From Yuukianura sp. NJ FZ-2021 (lineage: Eukaryota), in NCBI GenBank assembly GCA_046563655.1, contig CM102283.1, forward strand, positions 9,610,001-9,674,000: DNA of 64,000 bases, read 5' to 3'. Under the pieces are notes generated by a model, which ran no database searches, was not told the DNA's origin, and saw only the letters and a list, made by a program, of their open reading frames with translations. Shown here piece by piece: positions 23,101 through 35,815 of this stretch (within the stretch, counting starts at the first letter, position 1; each line of letters starts with the position of its first letter). The translations under genes were made by a program, and so were the position numbers.

Positions 23101-24361
23101 GATCTGGGCAATGACACTCTCTTTGTGCTCAAATGGTACAAAGATGGACACGAGTTCTTCCGCTACATGCCAAGGGAACTCCCGCCCATCACGGTCTTCC
23201 CTGTCAACGGAGTAAATGTGCATGTAAGGTCAGCCAAATCAAAAAGAGCCAATGCCAAAAGAGCCAAATGAAATTCCATGATTCATTTATTATAACAATC
23301 GGTGATTTTGGAATTGGCTCTTTTGGTGCCACCAGATTCCAAAACTTACAGAGTTCCATGTCATAAGAGCCAAATAAAAAAGAGCCAATATCCAAAAAAG
23401 CCAATTCCAAAATCGCGGATTGTTAAAATAAATGAATCATGGAATTTCATTTGGGTTTTTTTTGGTATTGGGTGTTTTTGCATTGGCTCTTTTTGATTTG
23501 GCTGTTATGACAAGGAAGCCTGTAACTTTTGGAACCTGGTAATTTGGACTGTGGAGATGAAGTTGGGAGTCAATTGAGCATAAAGTGGTGATAAAAATTG
23601 GATGACTCAAGTTTTTGTGTGACCTTCCAGGAAAACAGTTCGTCTCTCCACAAAGTTCAACTGGAGCGAATTACTCAAGAGAGTAAGGGGGACTACCGCT
23701 GTGAAATTTCAGCAGACGCACCGAGTTTCCAAACTGTACATGAGGAAAAGTACATGAGAGTCATGGGCAAGTGGAATGAGTCACTTTAAAAAAAAAGTTT
23801 TTTTTAGTTTTTAAAAACGTTTTTTGATTTTTAGTTTTACCGCCAACTGGACCGAAAATTTTTGGAATTTATCCGTGGTACAACATTGGAGATAATTTGA
23901 CGGCGCAGTGCAACTACAACCAAACTTTTCCCGAGTCCAAACTCACTTGGTTCATCAACTCCGCCCAGGTTAGTTTCAGAATTTAGAAAATTTTCATAAT
24001 TTCATAATTTTCATAATTTGAAGTTTTTTTTTAGATTGATGCTGTTGAGTGTGGCTGTATAAGTTTTGAGTCGTCCAGTTCTGAATCAGACAACACTACT
24101 CTGCACTCTTCCTCCACTCAAATTAAGTTCCCAATTGACTCCAATTACTTCCGGGATGGCACAATTTCAATTGAGTGCAAAGCCACTTTCAGCAGATCTC
24201 CAGTCACTCTCCAGGATTCCATCGTCACTAATGTCAAAAGTGGACTGGGACTCCAGTATGCCATGCATTCTGGACAAAACTTCCAGAAATTAACACAAAT
24301 CCAAATATTAGCATCAATGTTCCTTGTAACACTTGTAGGATTCCAAATTACTCCAATTTAA
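20191..24361 (+). CDS. Beaten path (Beat)-family two-Ig-domain cell-surface protein; exons 20191-20245, 23015-23223, 23631-23766, 23835-23968, 24035-24361
   Basis: Signal-peptide exon MDFHFKISVGLVLLLSIS splices in frame to LQCHFDLGNDTLFVLKWYKDGHEFFRYMP, GDYRCEISADAPSFQT, VLPPTGPKIFG...YNIGDNLTAQC...LTWFINS. Hydrophobic GPI-like C-terminus. Intron 23767-23834 is GC-AG. Confidence 0.88.
23231..23540. mobile_element. Compound fold-back / MITE-like insertion in a Beat intron
   Basis: CAGCCAAATCAAAAAGAGCCAATGC (23231) pairs with GCATTGGCTCTTTTTGATTTGGCTG (ends 23504). A second inverted pair links ACCAGATTCCAAAACTTACAG..TGTCATAA (23331) and TTATGACA..CTGTAACTTTTGGAACCTGGT (ends 23540). Confidence 0.75.
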
Positions 24362-24682
24362 AGTTACACTTTTTCAAAATTTAAGAAATCTTCAACTTTT
24401 TAGAACTTTTTGAAGAAACATGAGCAGTAAGGTTACCTCAATATTTTATAGGCTGTAGAATCGCGGGCGCATGACAAAGAGAGCTTGTGAATTAATTAAT
24501 TAGACTATAACTTTTTAATTTTAGTCCATTTCTATAAAAACATATTTTTTCTAGTCATGCTAACACAACATACTGTGCTATGGGACTTGTCATGCTTTTT
24601 AATATTAATAATATTACATAACATTGATAATATAATATTATATTGTACTTCTTATTTATAAATATTTGGACTGTTTTGAATT

Positions 24683-25442
24683 TTAGACAGATGCACTTGA
24701 TGAGTTGGTCACTCTGTGTCCGAATCTGACATTCAGTTGTTTGAATCCATTTTCGAAAAACCAGTGCATGAAAAAACAGACGTCGTCTCGTTTTTGAGGG
24801 CGCGGGATTTTGCAAAATCCGAGTCTCAAGAAACCATTCGAAGTTCCGATGCCTTCAATTCCGTAACGCAAACGAAAGTCTCTTCTGAGCAGAGCCAGAA
24901 AATTTTCAAATTTTCTTTTGAAATTAAACGGCCCAATGTCGTTTTTTGAATTTGGAGAAGTTGAGCCATAAATGTCGTTTTCATGTTCTATAATGTCAAT
25001 GACTTCGTTTGCTCTGGAAACGGAACAATTTGTGGCTAAACAGTTACAAGTGACCATGGATCCAACATAGTCACACGAAGATGTAATACCCGAACATCCC
25101 ATTCTGAAAAACCAACAAAAGACTTTTAAATGACTTGAGTTTTACCAAAATTTTGAAAAATTTCAACGTACCTCCCAAGATCTTGTTCGCAGTCTCGTTT
25201 TTGTACTAACGCTAACTCATCTGTAAAGCATCACACAAAAATTTACTTTTTGAGCACCAAGCACAAGGATTACCAATAAAAGTAACTTGGAAAAACAAAA
25301 CTTTAAAAAAATTTTTTAAAATTTTTGATAAAAAATGCAGACCTGAACTTGAGGTCAAGTGATTCCCAATCCAGACGCACAGTATGAAAACACTTAGGAA
25401 AAATCTGGTTTTCCAATCTACCAAATTGATTGAGCGTTTCAT
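24683..25442 (-). CDS. Uncharacterised secreted Cys-containing protein, ~189 aa; exons 25442-25343, 25220-25172, 25103-24683
   Basis: N-terminal hydrophobic stretch FFLSVFILCVWIG; two GT-AG introns give a continuous 570-nt frame with a six-Cys cluster (KRDCEQDLGRMGCSGITSSCDYVGSMVTCNCLATNC). Confidence 0.65.
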
Positions 25443-26664
25443 TCTTAAAAATTTGAACTTTTGAACTAAAAACCTAAAGTCACTTTTTGTTTTTCAACAC
25501 TAAATGTCTTTTTTTATAAATGTTTGTATTTAAAAGTTTTGTGTAAGCAATTTGTAAGTCACACTTTGAGGACTTTGTACTCCACTTCCCACGGACAATT
25601 TTAATTTTTTTGCTTCTGTTCTGTAAATGAAAAGTGGTAAAAATGAATTTGGTTGAGGAGTTAACTGAACTAGGTTTGTGGTGTTGATTAATCCGGTAAG
25701 TCTTAACAATGTCACATCGACATAACATCTCAAAAGTGTAACTTAAAGTGAACTTTGCCTGGGGCGCAGGCGCAAGAACTACATAAAAACGAGTTTGACC
25801 ACAAGACTCATGCGCCGTTAGCCCATAATCACAGTCACCCTATTCATTTTTGAGCGGGGTGATTGATCAATGAACATTCCAGGCACAACTACAACTCTAA
25901 CGGCAAACAACGCACCTTCAGCAATACAAAATTTAACATCCACTTTGTCATCCTCAAAATATTAACAGCCATTCAAGAATTTAACATCATCCACTTCATC
26001 CATTTGAACATGTTAAAACCCACTTCAATAATTTCGATCAACATGTTAAAATGTAATTCAACATATGCTACATGTTGAAACCGAATGCAACAATTTCAAC
26101 ATTTTAAAAGCCAGTGAAAAATTTAAAAAATAACAGTAAATACTCCAGTTCTAAGTTTTTAAGGTTTTCTCCTCTCTCGTTGTTCAGCAACTTCTTCTTT
26201 CATGATATTTTTTTTTTGTAACTTTTTTTGTTATTAGTGTTGCGTTGCTGGGGTGAAAGTGTGTATTTTTTGTTTTGACTTTCACTGGGTGATGAGCAAA
26301 ATGGAAAAATCAATAAAAACTTGTCAGAATTGAAACGTTGCTTTATTATAGTGCACGGAGCCAACTGTTCCGTATAGACTGTATTTTTGTACACTGCATT
26401 TTGTAATTTTAAATTAGCGTTTTAACTTGAAAGAGTGTTAAATTTTAACTTAGAAGGAACATATCACATCAAAGTGCCTCGAGTTACTCAAAGTTTTAAC
26501 TGAACTTGCTCCAATTTAGACAGCATTCCTTTCACCTTTGACCTCAAGTGTTCCTACCACAGTGTTTAGCTTTTACTAAAAATCGAATTTCGGTGTTAAA
26601 ACTGGATCGCTACTCACGGTGCCTTATTCGGAGTTGTGGATGCTGTAAAAATCGGAGTCAGCTG

Positions 26665-29600
26665 ATGAAGGGCCACTTCAGTCAAAGACTCTACGAGCGA
26701 AACCAACACTACAACGCTACAACTACTGTAAGAAATTTTGAAATTTTCAAATTCGGAGTTTTTTTGAAAACGGAAGTTCCGACAAGTCCGAGTTTTGTTA
26801 GATCCATACTGGCATGCTTAGAACTTTTATGAAAGTGAGTTCCTTGACATGGATATTGATGACTATTCCACCGTTTTTCGGGAATTTTGGAGACACGAGC
26901 CCTTTGTGTCTTGTTTCCAGAGTTCCAGGGACAAAGAACTTTTTTTCTTATTCAAATGCTTATTTCGCACGCAGATTCCACTTTCTCTCATACACGTATG
27001 CTCTGGAATGTGTCCAAGCGGAAGTCAACTTGTGACAATGCGTTACTTCACATTTCAACAACTTGGTTTTCATTTCTGCGTTCCCTAGTTCCCTACAACC
27101 ATACTTTTCTAAAACATGGAATTCATTTTGATTTTGAATTTCAAAATTTTGGTTTTTTGACATTTTGAGTTGACCTATTGACAAAGTTTAAGTTTATGTC
27201 AAGGTCAACGTACAGTAGTTTAGTGCTGCCCAGGTCAAGAACTCCGCTCATTCTTCCTTCTGAGGTGGAAATGGACGTTGACCAACTCCAGGCAAGTTTT
27301 TAAAAAAAATCCCGGGAAATGGTATATTCCCGGGAAATTCAAAATGAAATGGTCTTTTCCCCCCGGGAAATTCTAAACGGTTTCTGGGAGTAACAAACTT
27401 TGTGTAGATGAGTTTCGTTTTATAGAGACAAGGAGGTTGAGGTCGTGATGACACTGGACACCGTGAATGTTGTCCAGACAGTGGAAATTGTACTTTGACA
27501 CGCCACGGTGTCACCATAATTTGTCTATTGTCTTTTCAAATTGGGTATTTTGTTTTTTCCAATCAGGGTATAATCACATGTCGGCATGTAAAAACCAGAT
27601 CCAATTAAACCATCTGCCCAACTTCTCATAGACATTATCATTTTCTGTCTAAACTTTCTTTTTAATAAGAACCGTCTAAAAGTCTAAAAACCTAAAGAAG
27701 CGATGAATTAGTCCAATCTGAGGTTAGTCTGCATTCTGCAACTCCAAGGTTTAGACACACTTCCGTTCCAGGACGTCCAACCTTCATTTTCTGCCAATTT
27801 TCAAAAAATACGTTCAAAAAAGTTGGTTTTTCATAAAAAGTTGAAAGGTTTTAGTAAGTGGAACAGCCTACACCTAGCTGAAGCTGTGCAGCATGGAGGG
27901 AAGAAGGCCAAGGCCAAAAGTTGTGAAAATTTACATTTTGAATTTGAATTTTTAAATGACTAAATCTTGAAAATTTTTGTTTTAGAGTCTTGTAAAATTT
28001 CGAAAAGTTAACTTTTATGCTTTTTTTTTGTTTCAGTCCTTGGCCTTGCCGTCGTCAGGAACGTTGAGCACTACTCCTGGACCGTACTTGGGCGGTGGGA
28101 CAATGACTTCCGGTGGTCCCACGTCAATTTTACGTAATACCCGGCATGTCCCAAGTGCTGGAGCACTGGAATCGGATGTTCGAGCTAGAACTGCTCTTGC
28201 GCATGAACGATTAGAGGAAGACACTGCAACTTACAAAAGACGGCTCGAAAGTTACCGCCAAGCTCAACATCAACAAGCTCTTCTCGTCGCTAGACTTCAA
28301 TCTAAGGTAAATCTTCCAAATTCAAACAAATTTTAGACTACTGCACCCAATTGTGACAAAATTTTGACACTTAGCTGTTTTCTCTAGCTTCTGCAATACA
28401 AACAACGATGTACAAACTTGGAGTCAAAGTTGGGCACCAGTCCAGGACAAGATTTGTACTTTGGCTCCACCTCTGGAGTGGGCGGAGCTTCTGCAGGAGG
28501 CGGAGCTTCTGAATTTGGCGGGAGAACGGCCACTGGCCCACCAGCTGATCTCGAAGATGCTTTGTGGCGACTGGATCAAGAAAAAGTGCGAAATGACAAC
28601 TTGATGCACTTGAACCGCGATTTGCGTGCCGAACTTGAGGAGAGCCGAAAAGTGAACGAATCGCTGTCAAGCGATTTGCAGCGTCTATCGGACGACTGGG
28701 AAAAATTGACGCGCCAAATGAGCGAGCGCGAACAAATGTGGAAGGCTGAAGAGCAGGCGTACTCTGATTACTATCATTTTGAACACACGAAGTTGCTCAG
28801 TCTCTGGAAAAATGTCGTTTCGATCAAACGGGATTTCAGCGAAATGAAATCAGCGACAGGCAGAGACATGGCCACACAACGAAACGCACTTGCGAGGATG
28901 GCAAATCAAATTTCGGCCGGAGTCATTTCAACCATGGTCACCGCACCGTCACCGCAACAGGTAAAATTTACATTCATTTTGGTCACTAAAGTAAAATTTA
29001 CATGTATTTTGGCCAATAAAGTAAAATTTACATTCATTTTTGCCACTAAGGTAAAATTTACATTCATTTCGGCCACTAATGTAAAATTAACGTTGATGTG
29101 CCCACTAAAGTAAAATTTAGATTCATTTTTGGCAACAAAAGTAAAATATTATCAAATTGATCAAATTATGAAAAAAAAAAATTCAGTCGTGTAGGAATTT
29201 TGAAACTGGAGAAACAAATAAGCTTATTAAAGTTTTTAATTTAAAAACTTTTACGACTTTTGATCATGCCATGAACAAATTGTTTCTAATCAACAATTTT
29301 CTTCAAAATAGTTTTTCGTAATTGTGGGAATTTTGAATTTTAGGAAGCACAGCAGTCTGCTTTCATTGGTCAATTGACCCAAGAAGTTCATCTTGCGCAG
29401 CAAAATCAAGAAAATCTGCGCAAACAAGTTAAAGATCGAGATGACAAGATTGCTGGCCTGGAGGGAACGATTATCGACCTGGAAGGAAGAATGCAATTAA
29501 TCGACGCCAGTTTTCAGCGAATCAAAAATCAGGATTTGGCACAACTGAGCAACAGTTTGAAAGAAATTGCCAAAATGTTGATTTCTGACTTTGACCAGCA

Positions 29601-32600
29601 TGGATTGGGAGATGGACATGACATTCACTTGACCTCGTCTCCAGGAATCTTCACTTTTGATGAAACTAACGAAAATCCAACAATTTTTGCAGAATCAGTT
29701 GTCTCTGCCGTCCAAGCCATTTTGAACAAACGCCAACTTCAAATTCATCAACTTCAGGTACTAAAAACATGAATCCTGAAATTTCAAAATTTCAAAATTT
29801 GAAACTTTTTTTGGTCAAGGTCAACTTGTCTTCAGCCAAAGAGCAGGGATTGGTTGGTCGAGGTCACGTGGAGGCTCTGGAGACGGATTTGCACAAAAAC
29901 GAAGAACGCTTGCGCCAAGTTGTTGAAATTAACGAAAAACTGAAGGATGAATTGGCTGGAATCAAAATGGAAAAAGAACAAGCTCAGCGTGGACTAGAAA
30001 ATGCGAAATCCGAAAAAAATATTTTGGAGGCACAAAGAAAAACTTTGGCATCCGAACTGGAGTCGGCGCTGAAAGTGAAGGCAAACATGGCCGCCAGTTT
30101 GGCCAAGGTTGGTTCAAAAATGTTCAAAATTTTGAAAAAGCAAGTTTAAGTTAACTTTTTTTTTTGAAAAGTTGGAGAAATCGATGGAAACGACTCGAGA
30201 TGAGGCTAATGCAGTGACAGCAGAGTTGGACCGATCGCGTGACGAGCTGAGTTTAGTTCTGGGAAAACTTAAATTTGAAAGTGATTTGAGCGGCAAACTT
30301 CGAGACCAACTTCAAGCAGCGACGGAAGACAAAGAACGAAACTCTGCCGAAAACAAAAGTCTCAAGAATCAAGTCAACGAATTTGTAAGTTTTACTTTTT
30401 TCAAATTGCTTTACACATTTTATTATTAGTTCCATACATTGATCCAACAAAACACAATAGAAATTTTCTTTTGTATTTTTTTTTGCTACACGCTTAAGTT
30501 GTCACTGTCATTTTTTTCAAAAACTCCCGCGGCGTCATTTCTTTAGTAGAAGCACGAACAAACACCAGTAGTGCAATATCCTCCGCGTTTCCGCTTTTTA
30601 ACACAACTTTCCCAGCACAAAGATTCGCCATCATCCAAAGTACAAATTGTTTTTGAATTTGGTTCAACTTTTTCAAAATCAAGAGCGTTTTCATCCATTT
30701 CAGTTTGAGCCTCCTCTACAAACAAATTTTAAAAGACAAGTTTTTCAAAAAGTTTTTTAAAAAATTTGGACATTGAACAAAAAAGTCTTGTGTTTACCCT
30801 CTCGAATCTCGTTTTTTAATTCTTCTCCAAAACTTCCCCGGGCAAGCACAGTAAGCACAAACAGAAAAACCAAAATTTTCATTTTTGAAAACGAATTTTT
30901 GAGTTGGTTTACTTCAAAATTCACAATTTTCGCTTTTATCACCAGACTTTTGATGTCAAAAACAGAAGAAATTTAAAATTTCACGTGACTATAAAATTTT
31001 TGGAAATCGTCATTGTTTTTATGCAAGTTTGATGATTTGCCAATAAACTTTTGATTCGTGCAGTTACCATATGGTCGTAAATTTGAAATTTGCATTTGGA
31101 AACCATAATTTTGAAGTTTTTTGGTGTAATTGATTTCCAAATTTTATTTTAGGTAAACAAGTACGAAGATTTGGTGTTTCAATTCGAAAGAAGTGAAGAT
31201 TCACTCAAAAAGTGGAAGCTAGATGCTGAAATTTTGGCTGAAAAGTTGAAATCAGCTTCAGAACGAAACGAAGTGATGGAAAAAGAGAAGAAAAAGTGGC
31301 AGGAAAAAGCCCGTCAATTGGAAGAAACTAAAAAGCAAATCGAAGCAGATTTGACCGACGCACGAAACGATTTGGGCAGTTTGAGACGCGAGACGCTTGA
31401 TGCCGAACGAAACCGAACTGACATGGAGGCCAAGTTGGAAAAACTTGTTGCTCAGGCAGACGGCGCTGAAAACCGGAAAAGCGTTTTGGAAAATCAACTT
31501 GAGACGCAACGGGACGAATATTTGCGTGAAATGAACTTAATGGGAGATCGAATCGACATGCTCACAGAAGAACTTGGACAAAATCGGTAAAAAATAAGCT
31601 TTTTAGACAAATTTTTCAGCTTTTGTGCCAAAATTTAGTTTTTTTTTTCTAAATAGACGTGAATTTGACGAGGCCATGGACAAACTGGAGCGTACAAAGG
31701 CAGATTTGCAAAGTACAGAGAAGATGCACACAGAGGCTGCGCAGATGCTTGAAACTAAAGACTCTACAATTCGAAATCTTGCAAATTCCTTGGAAAAATT
31801 GAAAGATGAAAAATACTCTTTAGAAGAATTGGAACAAACTCTCAAATCAGCTTTGTTAGACAAAGATCGCAAAATTGATTCTCTGGAAAAGCAAATCTCT
31901 GAACTCAAAACACGCATGACGAGTGACCTTGGATCACTCAAGGAAAAACTCTCTCGGTCCGAACTGGAAACCAAAGTGGCTAGAGACAAAGCAGAACAAG
32001 AAAAATCCGCATTAGAAAACAAATTGACAAAAGAAATTGTTTCACTCAAAGCAATTAATAGTTCAAACGAAGAAAAAATGAAGAGTGACTTTGAAGCTAA
32101 AATCAAAGCACTAAAAAGTGAAGCTGAAGGAGAAAAGAAAACGGAAAGTGTAAAATTCAACACCGAAATTAATTCACTCAAGCAACAAATTGAGAATTTG
32201 CGGGTTCAGTACGACGAGGCTTTGCTTAGAGCAGAAAACGACAAACAGCAAGGTCTGCTTTTGGCACAACAAGATCAACAAGGATTGGCAGACAAAATTC
32301 GACTGCTGGAAAGAGAATTAGACGACGCTAAAAACGACCGCGGTAAAATTCAAAAATTTAAAAGTTTTCAAAAACTTTTTGCTAAAAGGGCTCAACTTTT
32401 TGCTAAAAGTGTTCAACTTTTTAATGTTTAATGCATTTTTTAGAGCGGCTGAAACGGGAATGTGAGTCGAAATGTTCACATGAGCGGTCTAATGCAGCAA
32501 CACTCCGTTCTGAAGTCATAAAATTGAAAAACGAACTTGAAACCACCAAACAAGACAACATGGACTCCCTAAAACAAATTGAACTGCGTCTTCAAGATAT

Positions 32601-35398
32601 CGAACGCGAAAGAGAAGAAGCTTTAATGCAAGTGGAAGACCTTCGAACTAAATTGCGCTCCACAGAAGAGCGGGAAAGTGAGGTCAAACGCGAATTGAAC
32701 GAAATTCATCGTCGTTTACGCGACACAGAGGCGTCAGGCGATCATTGCAAAAAAGAACTAACCGAAACACGCCGATCTCTGACTGAACTGACGGTGGAAA
32801 AAGAGAAAACCAACAGCATTTTGGATCAACTCAAGGAAGAATTAAATCGGCGTGAGCAGGATATCGTGACGCAAAAACGCGAATTGACGAGAGTTCAAAA
32901 TCAAGTTAAAAATTTGGAACGTTTGAAGCAAGAATTAGAGTCCGAGGTGACTTCGATGATTTTGAAAGTTGATGCAGCTTCGAAAGAAAAAGCTGAGCTG
33001 GCTAAACAGTATGAAGACTTGGGAGATCAGCTGAATCAGACCAAGTCTCAATCGGCTCAAGCCGAATCCGAAGCCGCTGAGTTGAAAATGAAGCTGGAAG
33101 CGGAGAGTGAGCGTCGGGATGAAGCTGAAGCACAGTGGCGCAATTCTAAGAAAATGTTGGACGACTGTGAACTGCAATTGTCTCAGACTAAACAAGAGGA
33201 AGAACGACTTGCGCAGAAGTTGTGCGAAACTGAAGAGCGTTATGCTTTAAAAGAGGGACACTTTTTGCAATTGGCTGATGAATATAAACAGCGTGAGAAA
33301 AAATTGTTAGATGAAAAACACAATTTGAATGTCGCTCTGATGTCGCTTCAGCAGCAAATGGAACAACAAATGGTAAAATTCTTCAAAAACGAAAATTTCA
33401 AAAATTTTAAAAATTTCAAATTTTTCAATTTTTAGGCTAAAGTCGCATCGGCTGAACATCGGCTCAAACTTCTCACTGATGAGAAGATCGGATTGGAGCG
33501 ACAGAAGAAAGAAAGTGAAACTAAGCTCAGCCATATTCAGTCCGGCTTCAAACGGCTCGGAATCGGCTCGGGATCACTCGAGAATCCCGAATCGGCTCGG
33601 CGTGCAATGACTTCCCTGCAGACCCAAATGGCTTCACTGCAACAAGATCGTGACACAATTGCTTCTCAGTTGAGTTCAACCCGAGATGCTTTGGCGACAT
33701 TGGAACAAACAAAATCTCAGATTGAAGATCAATTTACGCAGATGAATCGGTCGTACCAATCGGCTCGTGGAGAAAACAAAGCAAAAGATGTCGTCATTTT
33801 CAATTTAGAAAAAGAAGTTGGGCTGAAAAACGCTGAACTTTTGCGCATGGCTGACAAAGTGCGGGAAATGGAAGAAACCGTCAAGACATGTCAAGATACA
33901 ATTCGGTCAGTGCGGACCGAAAAGGACCAACAAAAAGAGGAACTCGAAAAAGCAAAACACAAAATCGAAGAATCGAGGGTTTCTGGAGATTCGAAGTTAG
34001 CAAAAGCCGAAGTTCAAATTCGAGCTCTGGAGGGAGATTTGAATCGCTTGAGTTTGGTTTTACAACAAAAAGATTCCAGCATCCAAGCACTGGAGTCAAA
34101 ATGTGCTGGAATGCAGCGTCAGGTGACTGACCTGGAAGAGCGCTGTGGATCTTTGACTTTGACTGTGGAACAATTGAGTCAATCGCTGGACAAAACTGGA
34201 CAAGCAGAACAAGATTGGAAGGAAAAGTACAACAATGCGAGTCGTACTGCCAGTGAAAATGCTGTTCAAAATAGTTCGTTGAACGAAAAACTTCGGAGTC
34301 TGCAAAGAGACAAAGCGATGCTGGAGCAAGATCGAAACACTTTGGCAGAAAAATTTGAATCTTCGGCAGCCGCCGTTCAAGATTTGAAGCGTCAAATTTT
34401 ACTTTTGTCTGAAAAAAATCAAAAGTTGCGATACCAATCGGAAGAGATGACACGGAATGCAATTGACAAACAACTCAAAATGGTGGTAGGTTTCCAAAAT
34501 TCAAAATTTGGGGAAAAAAAATGATTTTTTTCGTTTTTTTCAACTTTTCAGTTTTCTGACTCTGGAAAAGAAGATTTAAGACAACTGACGGCTGACAAAT
34601 TGGAACTCCAGCGTAAAGTTGAATCGCTGCAAGATCGGATTCGGGATGCCGAACGTGAGAATCGTGAGCTGGAACGCTTGAAGGAGTCCATGTCAGCGAA
34701 AACGCTGTTGTCAAGCAGTCGCAGTCCACAACTCCATGACAACGCAATGAAAGTGCTGGAAGAAGAGAACTCTGACCTGCGCAGAAAAATTATCAAAATG
34801 GAGGCTGAAATTCGTGACCTGGAACGTCGTCACTCCAAGCACATTTCTGAAGTTACTTTGCAAGTGAAGCAGGTATACCTCAAAAATCTGAAATCATTTA
34901 AAAAATCTGACATTTTTCAAAATTTTTGAATTTGTAGGAACGTGATTTTGAAATGGAGAGAGCCCGGACAGCTAAAGTCCAAGCAGAGCGTCTTCTGGAG
35001 GCTCGTGAAGGAAACTACAGACAACAAATTCAGCGTCTGGAAGTTCAAGTGACAAATTTAAAAGAGCAACTTGGAGAGGAGATTCGGCGTCGTCAAACTT
35101 TTTTGACGCGCAGCTTTCGCACGGCCCAAGACGTTCGTCAACTTCGTCAGGCGGTAAAAGACTGAAATTTAAAAAAATAGTTGTAATTTCGAAATTTTGA
35201 AGTTGATTTTTTGAAAAGCTGAACGACTCTCTTCGGAATGTCGCTACGGATCCGAATACACTGGAACAAGAAACGCGTCGACTGGAATCTGTCATGGAAT
35301 TCCACAAAAGCGGATCTCAGTCGTCTCTTTTGAGTCCAATGAGAGATAGAATGTCGCCTGGAATGGGACTCAAGAGTGCCACGCCCACTCCCAAGTAA
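26665..35398 (+). CDS. CROCC: Rootletin (ciliary rootlet coiled-coil protein), many exons; first exon 26665-26727 is tentative
   Basis: YKRRLESYRQAQHQQALLVARLQSKVLQYKQRC, DLEDALWRLDQEKVR, YYHFEHTKLLSLW..V..KRDFSEMKSATGRDM, ALLRAENDKQQ and C-terminal QAERLLEARE.NYRQQIQRLEVQV..LKEQL.EEIRRRQ; heptad-rich ORFs over ~7 kb. Confidence 0.9.
28961..29148. repeat. 30-bp minisatellite (~6 copies) starting at a rootletin splice donor
   Basis: GTAAAATTTACATTCATTTTGGCCACTAA(A/G)-like units at 28961, 28991, 29021, 29051, 29081 and ~29110. Confidence 0.9.
30543..30882 (-). CDS. Arthropod-type CS-alpha-beta defensin precursor, 85 aa; exons 30882-30798 and 30715-30543; nested antisense in rootletin intron ~30385-31152
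   Basis: Signal peptide MKILVFLFVLTVLARGSFG, acidic propeptide, mature region ICTLDDGESLCWESCVKKRKRGGYCTTGVCSCFY with C-x8-C-x3-C-x9-C-x4-C-x-C spacing and GGYC gamma-core; phase-1 GT-AG intron. Confidence 0.88.
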
Positions 35399-35815
35399 AA
35401 ACGAAAAATCTCAAAATCAAAATCAAAATTTGTCGAAATTTTGGAAAAAATTTCCACCTCATGTCAATTTGAAGTTGTCTAGCACTGCCATCAACACAAG
35501 CCTAAAATAAAATTAAGTAGATCTAAAAGTCAATTTCAAAATTAAGCAATTGTTTAAAATTCGGTGCTTTTTCACAAAGTGCTAGAAATGTTAGTTAATT
35601 AAAAATTAATTAATGTGAATGTAATTAGTATTTAACTTGAATGTAATTTAGTAATTAATGTGAATGTTAATTAGTAATTAATGTTCCTACCCAAACTTGT
35701 AGACTCTTGCCTAAAGATCTCACCAAGTTTTCAGTGCTTTTGTATTGAAATTTAGCGCCTCAGGCTTCCTTTTTTAACATTTGAAAGAATTGACAGAAAA
35801 AGACGTGCCCTGATG

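Noticed and set aside
28961-29148. Regularly spaced repeats as a CRISPR array
   Set aside because: Head-to-tail units with no unique spacers, in a eukaryotic intron, with no cas genes.
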